The translations under genes were made by a program, and so were the position numbers. Of a stretch of 46,029 bases of DNA, positions 20,160 to 29,506 are shown piece by piece. The stretch's first letter is position 1, and each line of letters starts with the position of its first letter. Below the pieces are notes generated by a model. It made no database searches. It was given only the letters and a program-made list of their open reading frames with translations, and was not told the DNA's origin. This DNA is from Acutalibacteraceae bacterium (lineage in GTDB: Bacteria; Bacillota; Clostridia; Oscillospirales; Acutalibacteraceae): assembly GCA_045576955.1 (NCBI GenBank), contig JAZNHM010000102.1:1-46029 (forward strand), in the 5' to 3' direction.

Positions 20160-22178
20160 AATACCGCCCGAGAAAAGACGGTTAACGGCTTTTCTCAGCA
20201 AAGTATATTCCTCGCCCTCAAGGGCGGGGTTTTTTTGTAACAAATCAGATGCGGCGGCATGAGTTTCTCTTATTGCTTCGCCGTCGGTCATCATATTTGC
20301 AATTTTCATTTCGGGTAAACCATGCTGGCGTGAACCGAAGAAGTCGCCCGGTCCTCGGAGTTTCAGGTCCTCATCGGCAATTTTGAAGCCGTCTGTTGTT
20401 GATGTGAGTGTTTTGAGTCTGTGCAAGGTTTCTTCGTTTTGTGCATCTGATATCATTATGCATGAAGATTTGAGACTTCCTCTGCCGATGCGTCCTCTGA
20501 GCTGGTGAAGTTGGGAAAGACCGAATCTTTCAGCATTTTCTATAACCATTATAACAGCATTAGGAACATCAATTCCTACTTCGATAACGGTTGTTGAAAC
20601 AAGAAGCTGAGTTTCGCCGTTTGCAAAAGACTCCATTACATCACGCTTCTCTGTCGGTTTCATTTTTCCGTGAAGCAATCCGACCTTGAATCCTTTAAAA
20701 AATCCATCGGAAAGTTCTTTGTGAAGCTTTGTAGCGGCAGTTAACTCGGTTTCTTCGCTATCTTCAACCATAGGGCAAACTATATATCCCTGAAGTCCGT
20801 CGCAAAGATGCTTTTTTATGTAGCCGTAAGCTCTTTCACGGATTTCCGAATTAACAAGGAATGTTTCAATTTTTTGACGACCTTTGGGCATCTCATCAAG
20901 GATGCTCAGATCAAGATCACCGTATATGATTAATGCGAGAGTTCTCGGGATCGGTGTTGCGGACATAACAAGAGTGTGCGGGTTGTTTCCCTTCGAGGAA
21001 AGTGAACTTCTCTGATTAACACCGAAACGATGCTGTTCATCGGTTACGGCAAGCGCAAGATTGCTGAATTCAACATCTTTCTGAATCAGTGCGTGAGTGC
21101 CAACGATGAGGTCGATACTGCCATCCTTCAGAGCGGATTTTATTTTTTTCTTTTCAGCTGAGGGTGTTGAACCGGTAAGAACGGAGATGCTGATATCGGT
21201 ATTTTCAAACATTTTTGCAAGAGTTTTGTAATGCTGCATTGCAAGAACTTCCGTCGGTGCCATCAATGCGCTCTGATATCCGTTTTTTGCGCAATTATAA
21301 ATTAATGCCGCACTTACCGCAGTTTTACCGGAGCCAACATCGCCCTGAAGCAGACGGTTCATCGGGATATTAACCGCCATATCTGCCGTTGCTTCTTTGA
21401 TTGCACGTTTTTGTGCACCGGTAAGCTCAAACGGGAGAAGTGAAAAATATTCCTCGATATAGTCTTTTGTCATTGAAAGCGCGGTTGAACGTCTGTTTTT
21501 TGTTTTAAGGCGCATCATTCCGAGTTCAAGCAGAAAAAGTTCTTCGAAAATAAGCCGTCTTCGTGCTTCCGAGAGTATATCTTCGCTTTCGGGGAAATGA
21601 ATGTTTTTGAGTGCGCCTTCAAGATTCAAAAGGCAATAGGCGTTTCTTATATCTTTCGGAATAGGGTCCTCAATTTTATCGCATGAATCAAATGCTGTTC
21701 TGATAAGTTTTTCGATTGCTCTTGAATTTAATCCTGCCGTCTGAGGATAAATCGGACGCATACCGTTTTGGTCGGTGACCTCTTCAAATTCGGGTGAAGT
21801 CATCTGACGGTAATATCCTTTGCCTGTTATTTTTCCGAAAAACAGGTATTCTTTGCCTTGCTCGATTTTAGCTGCAGCATATTTATTGTTAAAAAAAGTT
21901 ATATCGAGAAGGCTTTCGCCGTCAGTAACTTCGGTTTTGTATAAAGTCATTCCTTTGCGGATTACGTGCTCCTTGCACGGCATACCTGCAATTGCTCTGA
22001 TGCAAACGGTTTCGTTCACGGGTGCGTATTTTATGGGAACTATTTTGCTCCAATCCTCATAAACACGGGGATAAAAAGTCAGCAAATCCCAAAGGGTGAA
22101 AATGCCGAGCTTTGCAAGCATTGCGGCGCGCTTTTCACCCACGCCTTTGAGGTATTTGATGTTTGCATTAAGATTCAT
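20148..22178 (-). CDS. recG: ATP-dependent DNA helicase RecG
   Basis: LKGVGEKRA, LQGDVGSGKT, DEQHRFG, MSATPIPRTL, QLHQLRGRIGRG, DLKLRGPGDFFGSRQHG. Confidence 0.98.
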   Translation of the reverse strand: MNLNANIKYLKGVGEKRAAMLAKLGIFTLWDLLTFYPRVYEDWSKIVPIKYAPVNETVCIRAIAGMPCKEHVIRKGMTLYKTEVTDGESLLDITFFNNKYAAAKIEQGKEYLFFGKITGKGYYRQMTSPEFEEVTDQNGMRPIYPQTAGLNSRAIEKLIRTAFDSCDKIEDPIPKDIRNAYCLLNLEGALKNIHFPESEDILSEARRRLIFEELFLLELGMMRLKTKNRRSTALSMTKDYIEEYFSLLPFELTGAQKRAIKEATADMAVNIPMNRLLQGDVGSGKTAVSAALIYNCAKNGYQSALMAPTEVLAMQHYKTLAKMFENTDISISVLTGSTPSAEKKKIKSALKDGSIDLIVGTHALIQKDVEFSNLALAVTDEQHRFGVNQRSSLSSKGNNPHTLVMSATPIPRTLALIIYGDLDLSILDEMPKGRQKIETFLVNSEIRERAYGYIKKHLCDGLQGYIVCPMVEDSEETELTAATKLHKELSDGFFKGFKVGLLHGKMKPTEKRDVMESFANGETQLLVSTTVIEVGIDVPNAVIMVIENAERFGLSQLHQLRGRIGRGSLKSSCIMISDAQNEETLHRLKTLTSTTDGFKIADEDLKLRGPGDFFGSRQHGLPEMKIANMMTDGEAIRETHAAASDLLQKNPALEGEEYTLLRKAVNRLFSGGISMN

Positions 22179-22181
22179 AGT

Positions 22182-23741
22182 TTACTCCACGGATATAATA
22201 TAGTAATAGAGCGGTTGACCGCCTCTGTAATAATCGATTTCAATGTTGTTGCACTGTGCAAGGACTGTATTGACAACCTTTTCTGCATTATATTCGTCTG
22301 TATCTTTGCCATAAATGAGAGAGACTTTTTGTTTGCCTGATTTATCAAGAAGATGAATGATAGTTTTTGCGGCGGTTGATTCAGGTGATTCGCCTACGAA
22401 AATGATGTTGTCACCTTCAAGACCGAGAATCTGACCTCTGTAAAAGCTTTTTCCGTTGAAACATCCGTCTTTAGCAGCATAAGTCACGGCACCGCTGAAA
22501 ACCTCCGATGCTGTGCGTTCCATTTCGGCAACGTTTTTTTCGGGACTGACATCGGGATTGAATGCTTTTGCGACGGCGATGCCTTCGGGAATGGTTTTTG
22601 AATTGTTGACCCATACTCTTTTGTTACTCATTACAGCCGCACGTTTTGCAGCAAGAACGGTGTTTTTGTTATTGGGAGAGATAAAAACATTTTCGCTCGG
22701 GCAGGTGTTCACCGCTTCAAGTATATCGCCTGCGCTTGCATTCATTGTTGCGGAGCATTGGAGAACTGTTACTCCTCTGTTTTCTTCAAGAAGTTTTTTG
22801 GTGCCTTCTCCCGTGCAAAGGCTGATCATTCCGCAGGAGGGGATGGTTTTTGTTTCTGACTGCAAACGCATATTATCTATTTTTATATCACTTAACTCAC
22901 CGATTTCAAGAGCTTTTGCGAGTGCTTTATTGGGTTGGTTTGTGTGAATATGAACCTTTATTATTCCTGAATGTTCAACCACAGCAGGGCAGTCGCCGAT
23001 ATCGGAAAGAAAATGCCGCAAATCGTTTATATCAGCATTTTCTGCACCGCTGATAAGAAATTCAGTGCAATAAGTGAATTCTATATTCCGATTATCTGTA
23101 AACGATTCTATTGGCTTGATGAGCGTGATTCTTTCTTCTTCGGCAGGATGTGACAACATTCCTTCCATAATATGAACAAGCCCCTGACCGCCTGCATCAA
23201 CAACACCGTGCTTTTTTAAAATCGGTAAGAGATTCGGTGTTGATTTGAGCGATGCTTTTGCGCCTTCAACTGCGGATGCAAAGGTTTCACTTGCGCTCAA
23301 TCCTTTTTTTGCAGCACTCACAGCCTTTGAAGCGGCAATACGGATAACGGTCAGCATTGTGCCTTCCGTAGGTTTTTCAATTGCGGCATATGCTTCATCG
23401 CATCCCATTTCAAGAGCCTTCGCTAAAGCCATTGCATCGATATAATCAAGACCGTCAACGCTTTGAGCAAAACCTTTGAAAATAAGAGAAAAAATAACAC
23501 CTGAATTTCCCCTTGCACATTTCAGAAGTTCTCCTGCGGCGTAATCCGCAACAGTGCCCGCACCGCCTTCGGGACAATTTGTCAATGCTTTTGCACAGCC
23601 GCTGAGGGTCAGCGCAAGATTTGTGCCCGTGTCACCGTCCGGAACGGGAAAAACATTGAGGTTGTTGACTTCGTCTGCGTGTTTGTTTATGTTTTCGGCT
23701 GCAGAAATAATTGCATTTTTAAGGTTTTCGGCTGTTATCAT
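22182..23741 (-). CDS. DAK2 domain fusion protein (fatty acid kinase subunit A, FakA/YloV family), divergent C-terminus
   Basis: LNVFPVPDGDTGTN, ARGNSGVI, PTEGTMLTV, VVDAGGQG, YCTEF, KVHIHT, KIDNM, GGQPLYYYIISVE. Confidence 0.93.
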   Translation of the reverse strand: MITAENLKNAIISAAENINKHADEVNNLNVFPVPDGDTGTNLALTLSGCAKALTNCPEGGAGTVADYAAGELLKCARGNSGVIFSLIFKGFAQSVDGLDYIDAMALAKALEMGCDEAYAAIEKPTEGTMLTVIRIAASKAVSAAKKGLSASETFASAVEGAKASLKSTPNLLPILKKHGVVDAGGQGLVHIMEGMLSHPAEEERITLIKPIESFTDNRNIEFTYCTEFLISGAENADINDLRHFLSDIGDCPAVVEHSGIIKVHIHTNQPNKALAKALEIGELSDIKIDNMRLQSETKTIPSCGMISLCTGEGTKKLLEENRGVTVLQCSATMNASAGDILEAVNTCPSENVFISPNNKNTVLAAKRAAVMSNKRVWVNNSKTIPEGIAVAKAFNPDVSPEKNVAEMERTASEVFSGAVTYAAKDGCFNGKSFYRGQILGLEGDNIIFVGESPESTAAKTIIHLLDKSGKQKVSLIYGKDTDEYNAEKVVNTVLAQCNNIEIDYYRGGQPLYYYIISVE

Positions 23742-23771
23742 AATATATCAATCCTTTCGTAAGTCTGAATA

Positions 23772-23800
23772 TATTATGGCAATTTTTTCAGCGGATAAAC
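23772..23800 (-). promoter_or_regulatory. Possible forespore (SigF/SigG-like) promoter upstream of DAK2 gene
   Basis: GTTTA-15bp-GCCATAATA (equivalently GTTTA-17-CATAATA) on minus strand in the 64-bp gap. Confidence 0.4.
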
Positions 23801-23805
23801 CGATT

Positions 23806-25275
23806 TTATTTGAAACTCCAGGTTTCTATATCATAAAACACATCAGCGTCACAGCAGTTAAAATCTCCCTGCATTTCGTTTGTGTAAGAAACGGCGGCGT
23901 TTCTGTAACAAAGAGGAATAAACGGCAGATCCTCATTGAATGTGTTGATAAAATCCATCAGCTCGCATTCGCCTGCAAGAAGTTGTGCATACCTTGAACA
24001 AGCAGCACTTTCGGTATTTATTCCGAATTTGAGATTTCCTCCACCGAGAAGTGAATTCAAATTCATATTGGGAGAAAGACGAACCTCACCTATATACATA
24101 TCATATGAACCGAGTTCGAGTGCTTCTTTGTAATACTGCAATTCATAATCTTTGAGTTTGACTTCGAATCCGAGCAGAGTAAGATAATCGCGTATGAAAT
24201 TTGCGGCTTCAAGTTTGAACTGGTTTTCTTTGTTAACAAGAATGGAGATTTCTTTTTCGGTAATGTCTGTTCCGGATTCTTCAATTAATCCGAGAGCTTT
24301 CTGAATGTCAACCGGAATAACCAGGTCTTTTGATGCAAGCGCATACCAATCAGGGTTGAACGGTGAGTAGCTTTCTCTTGCGTGCCCCTGAAATGCGGTT
24401 AAAGCAATTTCTTTTCTGTTGATTGCAAGGTTGACTGCACGTCTCAGTAGGGGGTTTGAGAAAACTTCGCTTTCGGAATTGAAAGCAAGATATACAAAAT
24501 TGTTGATTCCCATATCAACTGTCTGTGCATTGATTCTTGAATAAACGCCTGAACTCAGGTCGTTGTAGTAGAATCCGGTGTTACCTATTTCGAGACTGCT
24601 TTCTATTGAACCTGCATCGCGCACGGGAACAAGCATTATTGTTTTGATTGCGGGGTTAAACCCTGATTTGTTTTTGTTAACAACGAGATAGGTTGTTTCG
24701 CCTGAAATTTCAGGGATATACCTGCCTGAGCCTGTCGGAAGATTTCCGCTTGAACCGTTTTTTATGATGGGAAATGTGAGGCAAGATACTGCGTAGGGGT
24801 CAGGATTTTCGAGGTTAAAGATTACCATATTAGCGGCGGATATGCTTGCACCGCTGAAATTCTTGAGCTTTTCGCTGAATGTCGGTGAGAATTTTGCTTT
24901 ATCAAACGAATATACAACATCCTGCGCGGTGATCGTGCTTCCGTCTGAAAAAACAGTTGAACCGAGAGTAACGTTAATTGAAGAATTTCCAACGATAGCG
25001 CTTTGTGCAATGACGGGAATGGGTTCATAGTTTTTGTCAAGTTTGTATAGCCCGTCATAAACGAGAGAAAGTATCTGAAGGTTTGCAGTCATTGTTGCCG
25101 TGTAAGGATCAAGCATATCAGCTTTGGAATAAGCAAGTTTTAAGGTGGATTCCTTTGTATTGCTAATGTTTGAAACTATAACAGGATCATTTGTTGGGGT
25201 ATCACCTCTGTCACAGCTGCAGAAAACCGTGAACAGAAGTGATAATATCAATATCAATGCTGCTGTTTTTTTCAT
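23806..25275 (-). CDS. ABC transporter substrate-binding lipoprotein, family 5 (peptide/nickel type), orphan
   Basis: Lipobox FCSC, LDPY, VYDGLY, FSDGSTITAQDVVYSF, GSGRY, RRAVNLAINR, LPFIPL. Confidence 0.85.
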   Translation of the reverse strand: MKKTAALILILSLLFTVFCSCDRGDTPTNDPVIVSNISNTKESTLKLAYSKADMLDPYTATMTANLQILSLVYDGLYKLDKNYEPIPVIAQSAIVGNSSINVTLGSTVFSDGSTITAQDVVYSFDKAKFSPTFSEKLKNFSGASISAANMVIFNLENPDPYAVSCLTFPIIKNGSSGNLPTGSGRYIPEISGETTYLVVNKNKSGFNPAIKTIMLVPVRDAGSIESSLEIGNTGFYYNDLSSGVYSRINAQTVDMGINNFVYLAFNSESEVFSNPLLRRAVNLAINRKEIALTAFQGHARESYSPFNPDWYALASKDLVIPVDIQKALGLIEESGTDITEKEISILVNKENQFKLEAANFIRDYLTLLGFEVKLKDYELQYYKEALELGSYDMYIGEVRLSPNMNLNSLLGGGNLKFGINTESAACSRYAQLLAGECELMDFINTFNEDLPFIPLCYRNAAVSYTNEMQGDFNCCDADVFYDIETWSFK

Positions 25276-25281
25276 TTTAAA

Positions 25282-25986
25282 TCATCCTAAATCAGTAATT
25301 ATTTTTCCTGCCATTATCATTCCCGCAACCCCCGGTACGAACGGAAGGCTGCCGGGTGTCTGGCGTTTAACAGAGTTTTCGTCTGTCGTTGAAGGCTTTA
25401 CCGGTTCTTCGGGCGACCATACGACACAAAGCTTTTTTACTCCTCTTTTGCGCAGCTCTGAACGCATAACTCTGCACAGTGGGCATCCGCTTGTTTTGAA
25501 TATGTCGGATATGATAAATTGTGTCGGGTCAAGCTTGTTTCCTGTGCCCATACACGAAATCATTGGGATTGAAAGCTTCTGCGATTTGATTGCAAGGTCA
25601 ATTTTTGCGCTGACAGTATCAATTGCATCAGCGATGTAATCATATTCAGAAAGACAGAATTCATCGGAATTTTCGGGAAGATAGAATTTTTGCAAAGCGG
25701 TTACTTCGCACAGGGGGTTAATGTCAAGAATTCTTTCTTTGATAACATCAACCTTTGCTTTGCCGACTGTTGAATGAAGTGCACATAGCTGACGGTTTAT
25801 ATTAGTGACGGAAACGCAATCGTTGTCAACGATTGTAAGCTTTCCGATTCCCGCTCTTGCCAATGCTTCGGCAGTATATGAACCGACTCCGCCAAGCCCG
25901 AAAAGTATAACTTTTTTATTTTTGAGGTTTTCTGTGGATTCTTTGCCGAGAATCATTTCCGAACGCAAAAACTGCGATTGTTCCAT
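25282..25986 (-). CDS. tcdA: tRNA threonylcarbamoyladenosine dehydratase (ThiF family)
   Basis: GLGGVGS, TNINRQ, DAID, SCMGTGNKLDP, CPLCRVMR, PGSLPFVP. ATG 25986 preferred (RBS GGCAGGT). Confidence 0.92.
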   Translation of the reverse strand: MEQSQFLRSEMILGKESTENLKNKKVILFGLGGVGSYTAEALARAGIGKLTIVDNDCVSVTNINRQLCALHSTVGKAKVDVIKERILDINPLCEVTALQKFYLPENSDEFCLSEYDYIADAIDTVSAKIDLAIKSQKLSIPMISCMGTGNKLDPTQFIISDIFKTSGCPLCRVMRSELRKRGVKKLCVVWSPEEPVKPSTTDENSVKRQTPGSLPFVPGVAGMIMAGKIITDLG

Positions 25987-26025
25987 TTGCAATACCTGCC
26001 AATATTTTATACTTATACATAATAT

Positions 26026-26131
26026 ATAATACTAAATATAATATCAAATGTAAACTGTAATTTTAATATTTATTGTATAAAACACAATATTGTTTAGATA
26101 TATTGCTTTGTATATATTTATATGATATAAT
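26026..26131. promoter_or_regulatory. Divergent sigma-A promoters (tcdA operon / GH3)
   Basis: Plus: TTGCTT-17-TATAAT with TG (26103..26131). Minus: TTTACA-17-TATTAT (26054..26026). Very AT-rich gap. Confidence 0.6.
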
Positions 26132-26168
26132 AATTAACAAATTATAGAGTGCCCAAGGAGGTAATGTT

Positions 26169-28670
26169 ATGAAAAATGCAACAAAAAGAATGCTCGGACG
26201 AATAATTTCGGCAGTACTTGCGGCGGTTATTTTTTCTTCTGCATCCGTGAGCGCTTTTGCAGCATCGGACCTTATTTCTTCTGAAACAACGGCAAAATCT
26301 GTTGAAATTGCAAAACAGATTGAGTCAGAAGGAATTGTTCTTATTGAAAATGAGAATAATATTCTTCCTCTGAAAAATAAGAAGGTGAATGTTTTTGGCG
26401 CAGCATCTTGCTCGATTGCATTTGCTGGTGCGGCAGGCTCGGGCGCCGTTCGTTCATCGGATGCAATCGGTTTTTACGATGCACTTGATAATGCAGGAAT
26501 TGAGTATAACAAAACCCTCTATAATACATATGCAAACCATACCGGCACAAAATATGACCTCGGTATTCTCAGCTATGTTGTGACCGTTCTCAAGCAGTTT
26601 TTCGGCGGCGGACAGTCTGAAATGCCGATGAACAGAATCAGCAACAAAAAAATGGCTGAAGCTGTCGAATTCTCCGATACGGCAATCATCGTTATCGGCA
26701 GGGTTGGCACCGAAATGAAGGACCTCAGCGTTGAACAGCTTAATCTTAGCGACGATGAGATTGAAATGATTGATAAGGTTTGCGAAAACTTCGAGAATGT
26801 TATTGTTGTGTTCAACATTTCCAATATTATGGATATTTCGTGGCTTGAGGATTACGACAGCATCAAAGCGGCAATGATTATGTGGCTGCCCGGTGAGGTT
26901 GGTACGGACAGCGTGGGCAAGGTGCTTTCGGGAGAAGTGAATCCCTCGGGCAAGCTTGTTGATACGATAGCATATGATATTGAAGACCACCCAGCTTCCG
27001 AAAATTTCGGAAACTATATGTATAAAGGTGTTTTCGGAATTCCTAAGTACTTTGTTAATTACAGCGAAGGTATATATGTCGGTTACAGATATTTTGAGAC
27101 TTTTGCACCCGAAAAGGTAATGTATCCCTTCGGCTACGGTCTTTCATATACCGATTTTGACTGGTCTGTAAAATCCTTTGACTATGATAAAGATGAAATA
27201 ACGGTCAAGGTTAATGTTAAAAATACGGGCGATGTTGCGGGTAAGGACGTTGTTCAGGTTTATTTCAGCGCTCCTTATTATGATGGCGGAATAGAAAAGA
27301 GCACCATTGAGCTTGCCGCATACGCCAAAACAAAAGAGCTTGCACCCGGTAAGAGCGAAACTCTCGAAATCTCGTTTGATATTGAAGATATGGCATCTTA
27401 TGATTCTGAAACAGAGCAGGCGTGGGTGCTTGATAAGGGCGAATATAAAATTCATGTTGCACGCGATGTAAGAGATATCGTCAAAACATATAAATACAAA
27501 GTTTCTGAAAAGGTTGTGTATAAAACCGACTCTGCTTCGGGTAATGAAGTGAAAAATCTCTTTGAGTTTGCCGAAGGTGACCTCACATACTTCTCTCGTT
27601 CTAATCCTGAAGAAACATATCCCGCACCTCCCGAGAATTACAAGGCAACAAGCGAAGTGCTTAACAGCGATAAGAGACCTGACCCCATAAAAGAGGGCGA
27701 AGCACCCAAGACGGGAGTTAAATATAAAGACGGAGTTATTACTCTCAGCGATGTCGCAAAGGATGAATCTCTTTGGGATGCATTTCTTGACCAGCTTACC
27801 GTTGATGAAATGATAAGCCTTATTGCAGACTGCGGATACGAAACGACGGGGCTTGACAGACTCGGAATTCCGAGTACATCCGATAATGACGGACCTTCGT
27901 GCATCAAGGGCAGTGGCGGACTTCTCTATACCGATTGCGGACTTGCATTCCCCGTTGCAACAGCTCTTGCTTGCACCTGGAATGATGAGCTTGCAGAAGA
28001 GTTCGGCGATATAATCGGCGAAGAGGGCGTACAGCTCGGTACGGATGTCTGGTATGCGCCCGGATGCAATCTTCATCGCAGTCCTCAGGGCGGCAGAAAC
28101 AACGAATATTATTCCGAAGACCCGCTTCTTTCGGGTAAGATGTCGGCGGCAGTTACAAGGGGTGTGCAGTCCCACGGAATCATTGTTACTGTCAAGCATT
28201 TTGCTGCAAATGACCAGGAAACCAACAGACAGTCCAACGGACTTTATACCTGGCTGAATGAGCAGTCACTACGCGAGCTATATCTTGAGCCGTTTGAGAT
28301 TACCGTTAAGGAAGGCAAAACAAAGGGAGTTATGTCGGCATATAACAGAATCGGTGCACAGTGGTGCGGCGGAAGCCCTGCGCTTCTTGTTGACTTACTC
28401 AGAAATGAGTGGGGATTTGACGGCTTTGTTATTACCGATGCAAGTATCGACCTGACAGGCGAAGGCTATCTTGACCCTGCACTTGCTGTTTATGCACGCA
28501 ACAGCGGAATTTTGACAATGCTTTATGTTATCTCTGCACCGCAGACGATTATTTCGATGAAGCTTGCATATGCAAAAGATCCGATAGGCTTCGGCAATGC
28601 ACTCAGACTCTGTGTTTATGACATTTGCCGAATGAAGATTCAGTCAAATGCGTTTGAAGCTGTTTATTAA
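26169..28670 (+). CDS. Secreted GH3 beta-glucosidase-like enzyme, permuted domain order (sandwich-FnIII-barrel)
   Basis: Signal peptide (…SAFA/AS). EGIVLIENENNILPL, VNPSGKLVDT, YSEGIYVGYRY and PFGYGLSYT come first. DGP, GRNNEYYSEDP, KHFAAND, VMSAYN and VITD (nucleophile) come later. Confidence 0.94.
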   Translation: MKNATKRMLGRIISAVLAAVIFSSASVSAFAASDLISSETTAKSVEIAKQIESEGIVLIENENNILPLKNKKVNVFGAASCSIAFAGAAGSGAVRSSDAIGFYDALDNAGIEYNKTLYNTYANHTGTKYDLGILSYVVTVLKQFFGGGQSEMPMNRISNKKMAEAVEFSDTAIIVIGRVGTEMKDLSVEQLNLSDDEIEMIDKVCENFENVIVVFNISNIMDISWLEDYDSIKAAMIMWLPGEVGTDSVGKVLSGEVNPSGKLVDTIAYDIEDHPASENFGNYMYKGVFGIPKYFVNYSEGIYVGYRYFETFAPEKVMYPFGYGLSYTDFDWSVKSFDYDKDEITVKVNVKNTGDVAGKDVVQVYFSAPYYDGGIEKSTIELAAYAKTKELAPGKSETLEISFDIEDMASYDSETEQAWVLDKGEYKIHVARDVRDIVKTYKYKVSEKVVYKTDSASGNEVKNLFEFAEGDLTYFSRSNPEETYPAPPENYKATSEVLNSDKRPDPIKEGEAPKTGVKYKDGVITLSDVAKDESLWDAFLDQLTVDEMISLIADCGYETTGLDRLGIPSTSDNDGPSCIKGSGGLLYTDCGLAFPVATALACTWNDELAEEFGDIIGEEGVQLGTDVWYAPGCNLHRSPQGGRNNEYYSEDPLLSGKMSAAVTRGVQSHGIIVTVKHFAANDQETNRQSNGLYTWLNEQSLRELYLEPFEITVKEGKTKGVMSAYNRIGAQWCGGSPALLVDLLRNEWGFDGFVITDASIDLTGEGYLDPALAVYARNSGILTMLYVISAPQTIISMKLAYAKDPIGFGNALRLCVYDICRMKIQSNAFEAVY

Positions 28671-28688
28671 TAAACAGAAGGTGTTATA

Positions 28689-29402
28689 ATGGACATATCA
28701 ACCTTTGTAATGCTGCAAAAAGAGTTTAAAATGATTCATAAGCTTTGCACCAATGCATACAAAGATGAAAAAAGGATTTCAGAAGCAGCGGAAAACATAA
28801 AATACATTCGTAAAGAAATATTAGCAGATTTCCATAAGAAAGAAACAAAAAATATTTTTTATTGTATAGACATTCTTTTGAAATTTTTGGATAAAGGTGA
28901 TTATAGAACGGCTGCCGATTTTGCCTATACCGTAAAAGATGTTCCGGAAATTTATATGGGAAAAAGGGACATATATTCGTTAGCACAAAAGATTCTTGCT
29001 TTTCGGGAGCAATACGGAAAGAATTATTTTCCGGATTTTTTGAAGCTTAAACCAAAGTTCCGAAAAAAATCTCCACACAATAAAAAGGATTATTTTTCTT
29101 CATTGTCAGATGAAAATTTTAAATTGATTCATCCTACTGTATATAAAATACTTTGTTGTGTCGGAATAGCGGCATTTGTGTTGCCAATGATAATATATAT
29201 TGCCTTTACTGTTTTTATTAATCCGGCGAAAGAAAGTTGGATGATGGCGGTTGGTGCGGTAGGAGCTGTGGTTTTAGGAATCGGTTTGTTTAATATTGTT
29301 GCAGCCTGGCTTCATCAGTATTTAGGTCATTTGCTGACTTTTATGAGCGTTTTTGTCGGAACAATTCTTATGATTATTTCTTTCATATATTTATATAATT
29401 GA
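28689..29402 (+). CDS. Hypothetical membrane protein (soluble N-terminus, 3 C-terminal TM helices), AT-rich
   Basis: 237-aa ORF with RBS GAAGGTG, 18 bp after GH3. No family recognised. Confidence 0.7.
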   Translation: MDISTFVMLQKEFKMIHKLCTNAYKDEKRISEAAENIKYIRKEILADFHKKETKNIFYCIDILLKFLDKGDYRTAADFAYTVKDVPEIYMGKRDIYSLAQKILAFREQYGKNYFPDFLKLKPKFRKKSPHNKKDYFSSLSDENFKLIHPTVYKILCCVGIAAFVLPMIIYIAFTVFINPAKESWMMAVGAVGAVVLGIGLFNIVAAWLHQYLGHLLTFMSVFVGTILMIISFIYLYN

Positions 29403-29418
29403 TATTTCTTCTGTTTCT

Positions 29419-29453
29419 AACAAGCTGTCCTTTCGGATAGCTTGTTTGTTTTT
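29419..29453 (+). terminator. Intrinsic terminator
   Basis: AACAAGCTGTCC-tttc-GGATAGCTTGTT followed by T-rich tract. Confidence 0.8.
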
Positions 29454-29454
29454 C

Positions 29455-29483
29455 TTGACACAATCATCCCTGTAGTGTAATAT
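29455..29483 (+). promoter_or_regulatory. Sigma-A promoter of GH16
   Basis: TTGACA-17-TAATAT immediately after the terminator. Confidence 0.55.
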
Positions 29484-29506
29484 GAATTTGAAAGGGGAGA
29501 GCGGAA

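Noticed and set aside
25993-26168. Very AT-rich gap with ACAATATTGT palindrome, considered as replication origin, NrdR box or sRNA
   Set aside because: No DnaA-box cluster, the palindrome is shorter than an NrdR box, and two divergent promoters account for the region.
27144-28199. 351-aa antisense ORF inside GH3 (and similar ones at 4450..5244, 26454..26990, 8975..9484, 5376..5867)
   Set aside because: Fully antisense to well-supported genes with no recognisable motifs. These are expected shadow ORFs given the host codon bias (few TTA/CTA/TCA codons in the sense frame).
12964-29446. Shared CAAGCT…AGCTTG arms in the terminators at 12964 and 29419, considered as a REP-like family
   Set aside because: Only about 6 bp shared, inner stems differ, and the other terminators are unrelated.
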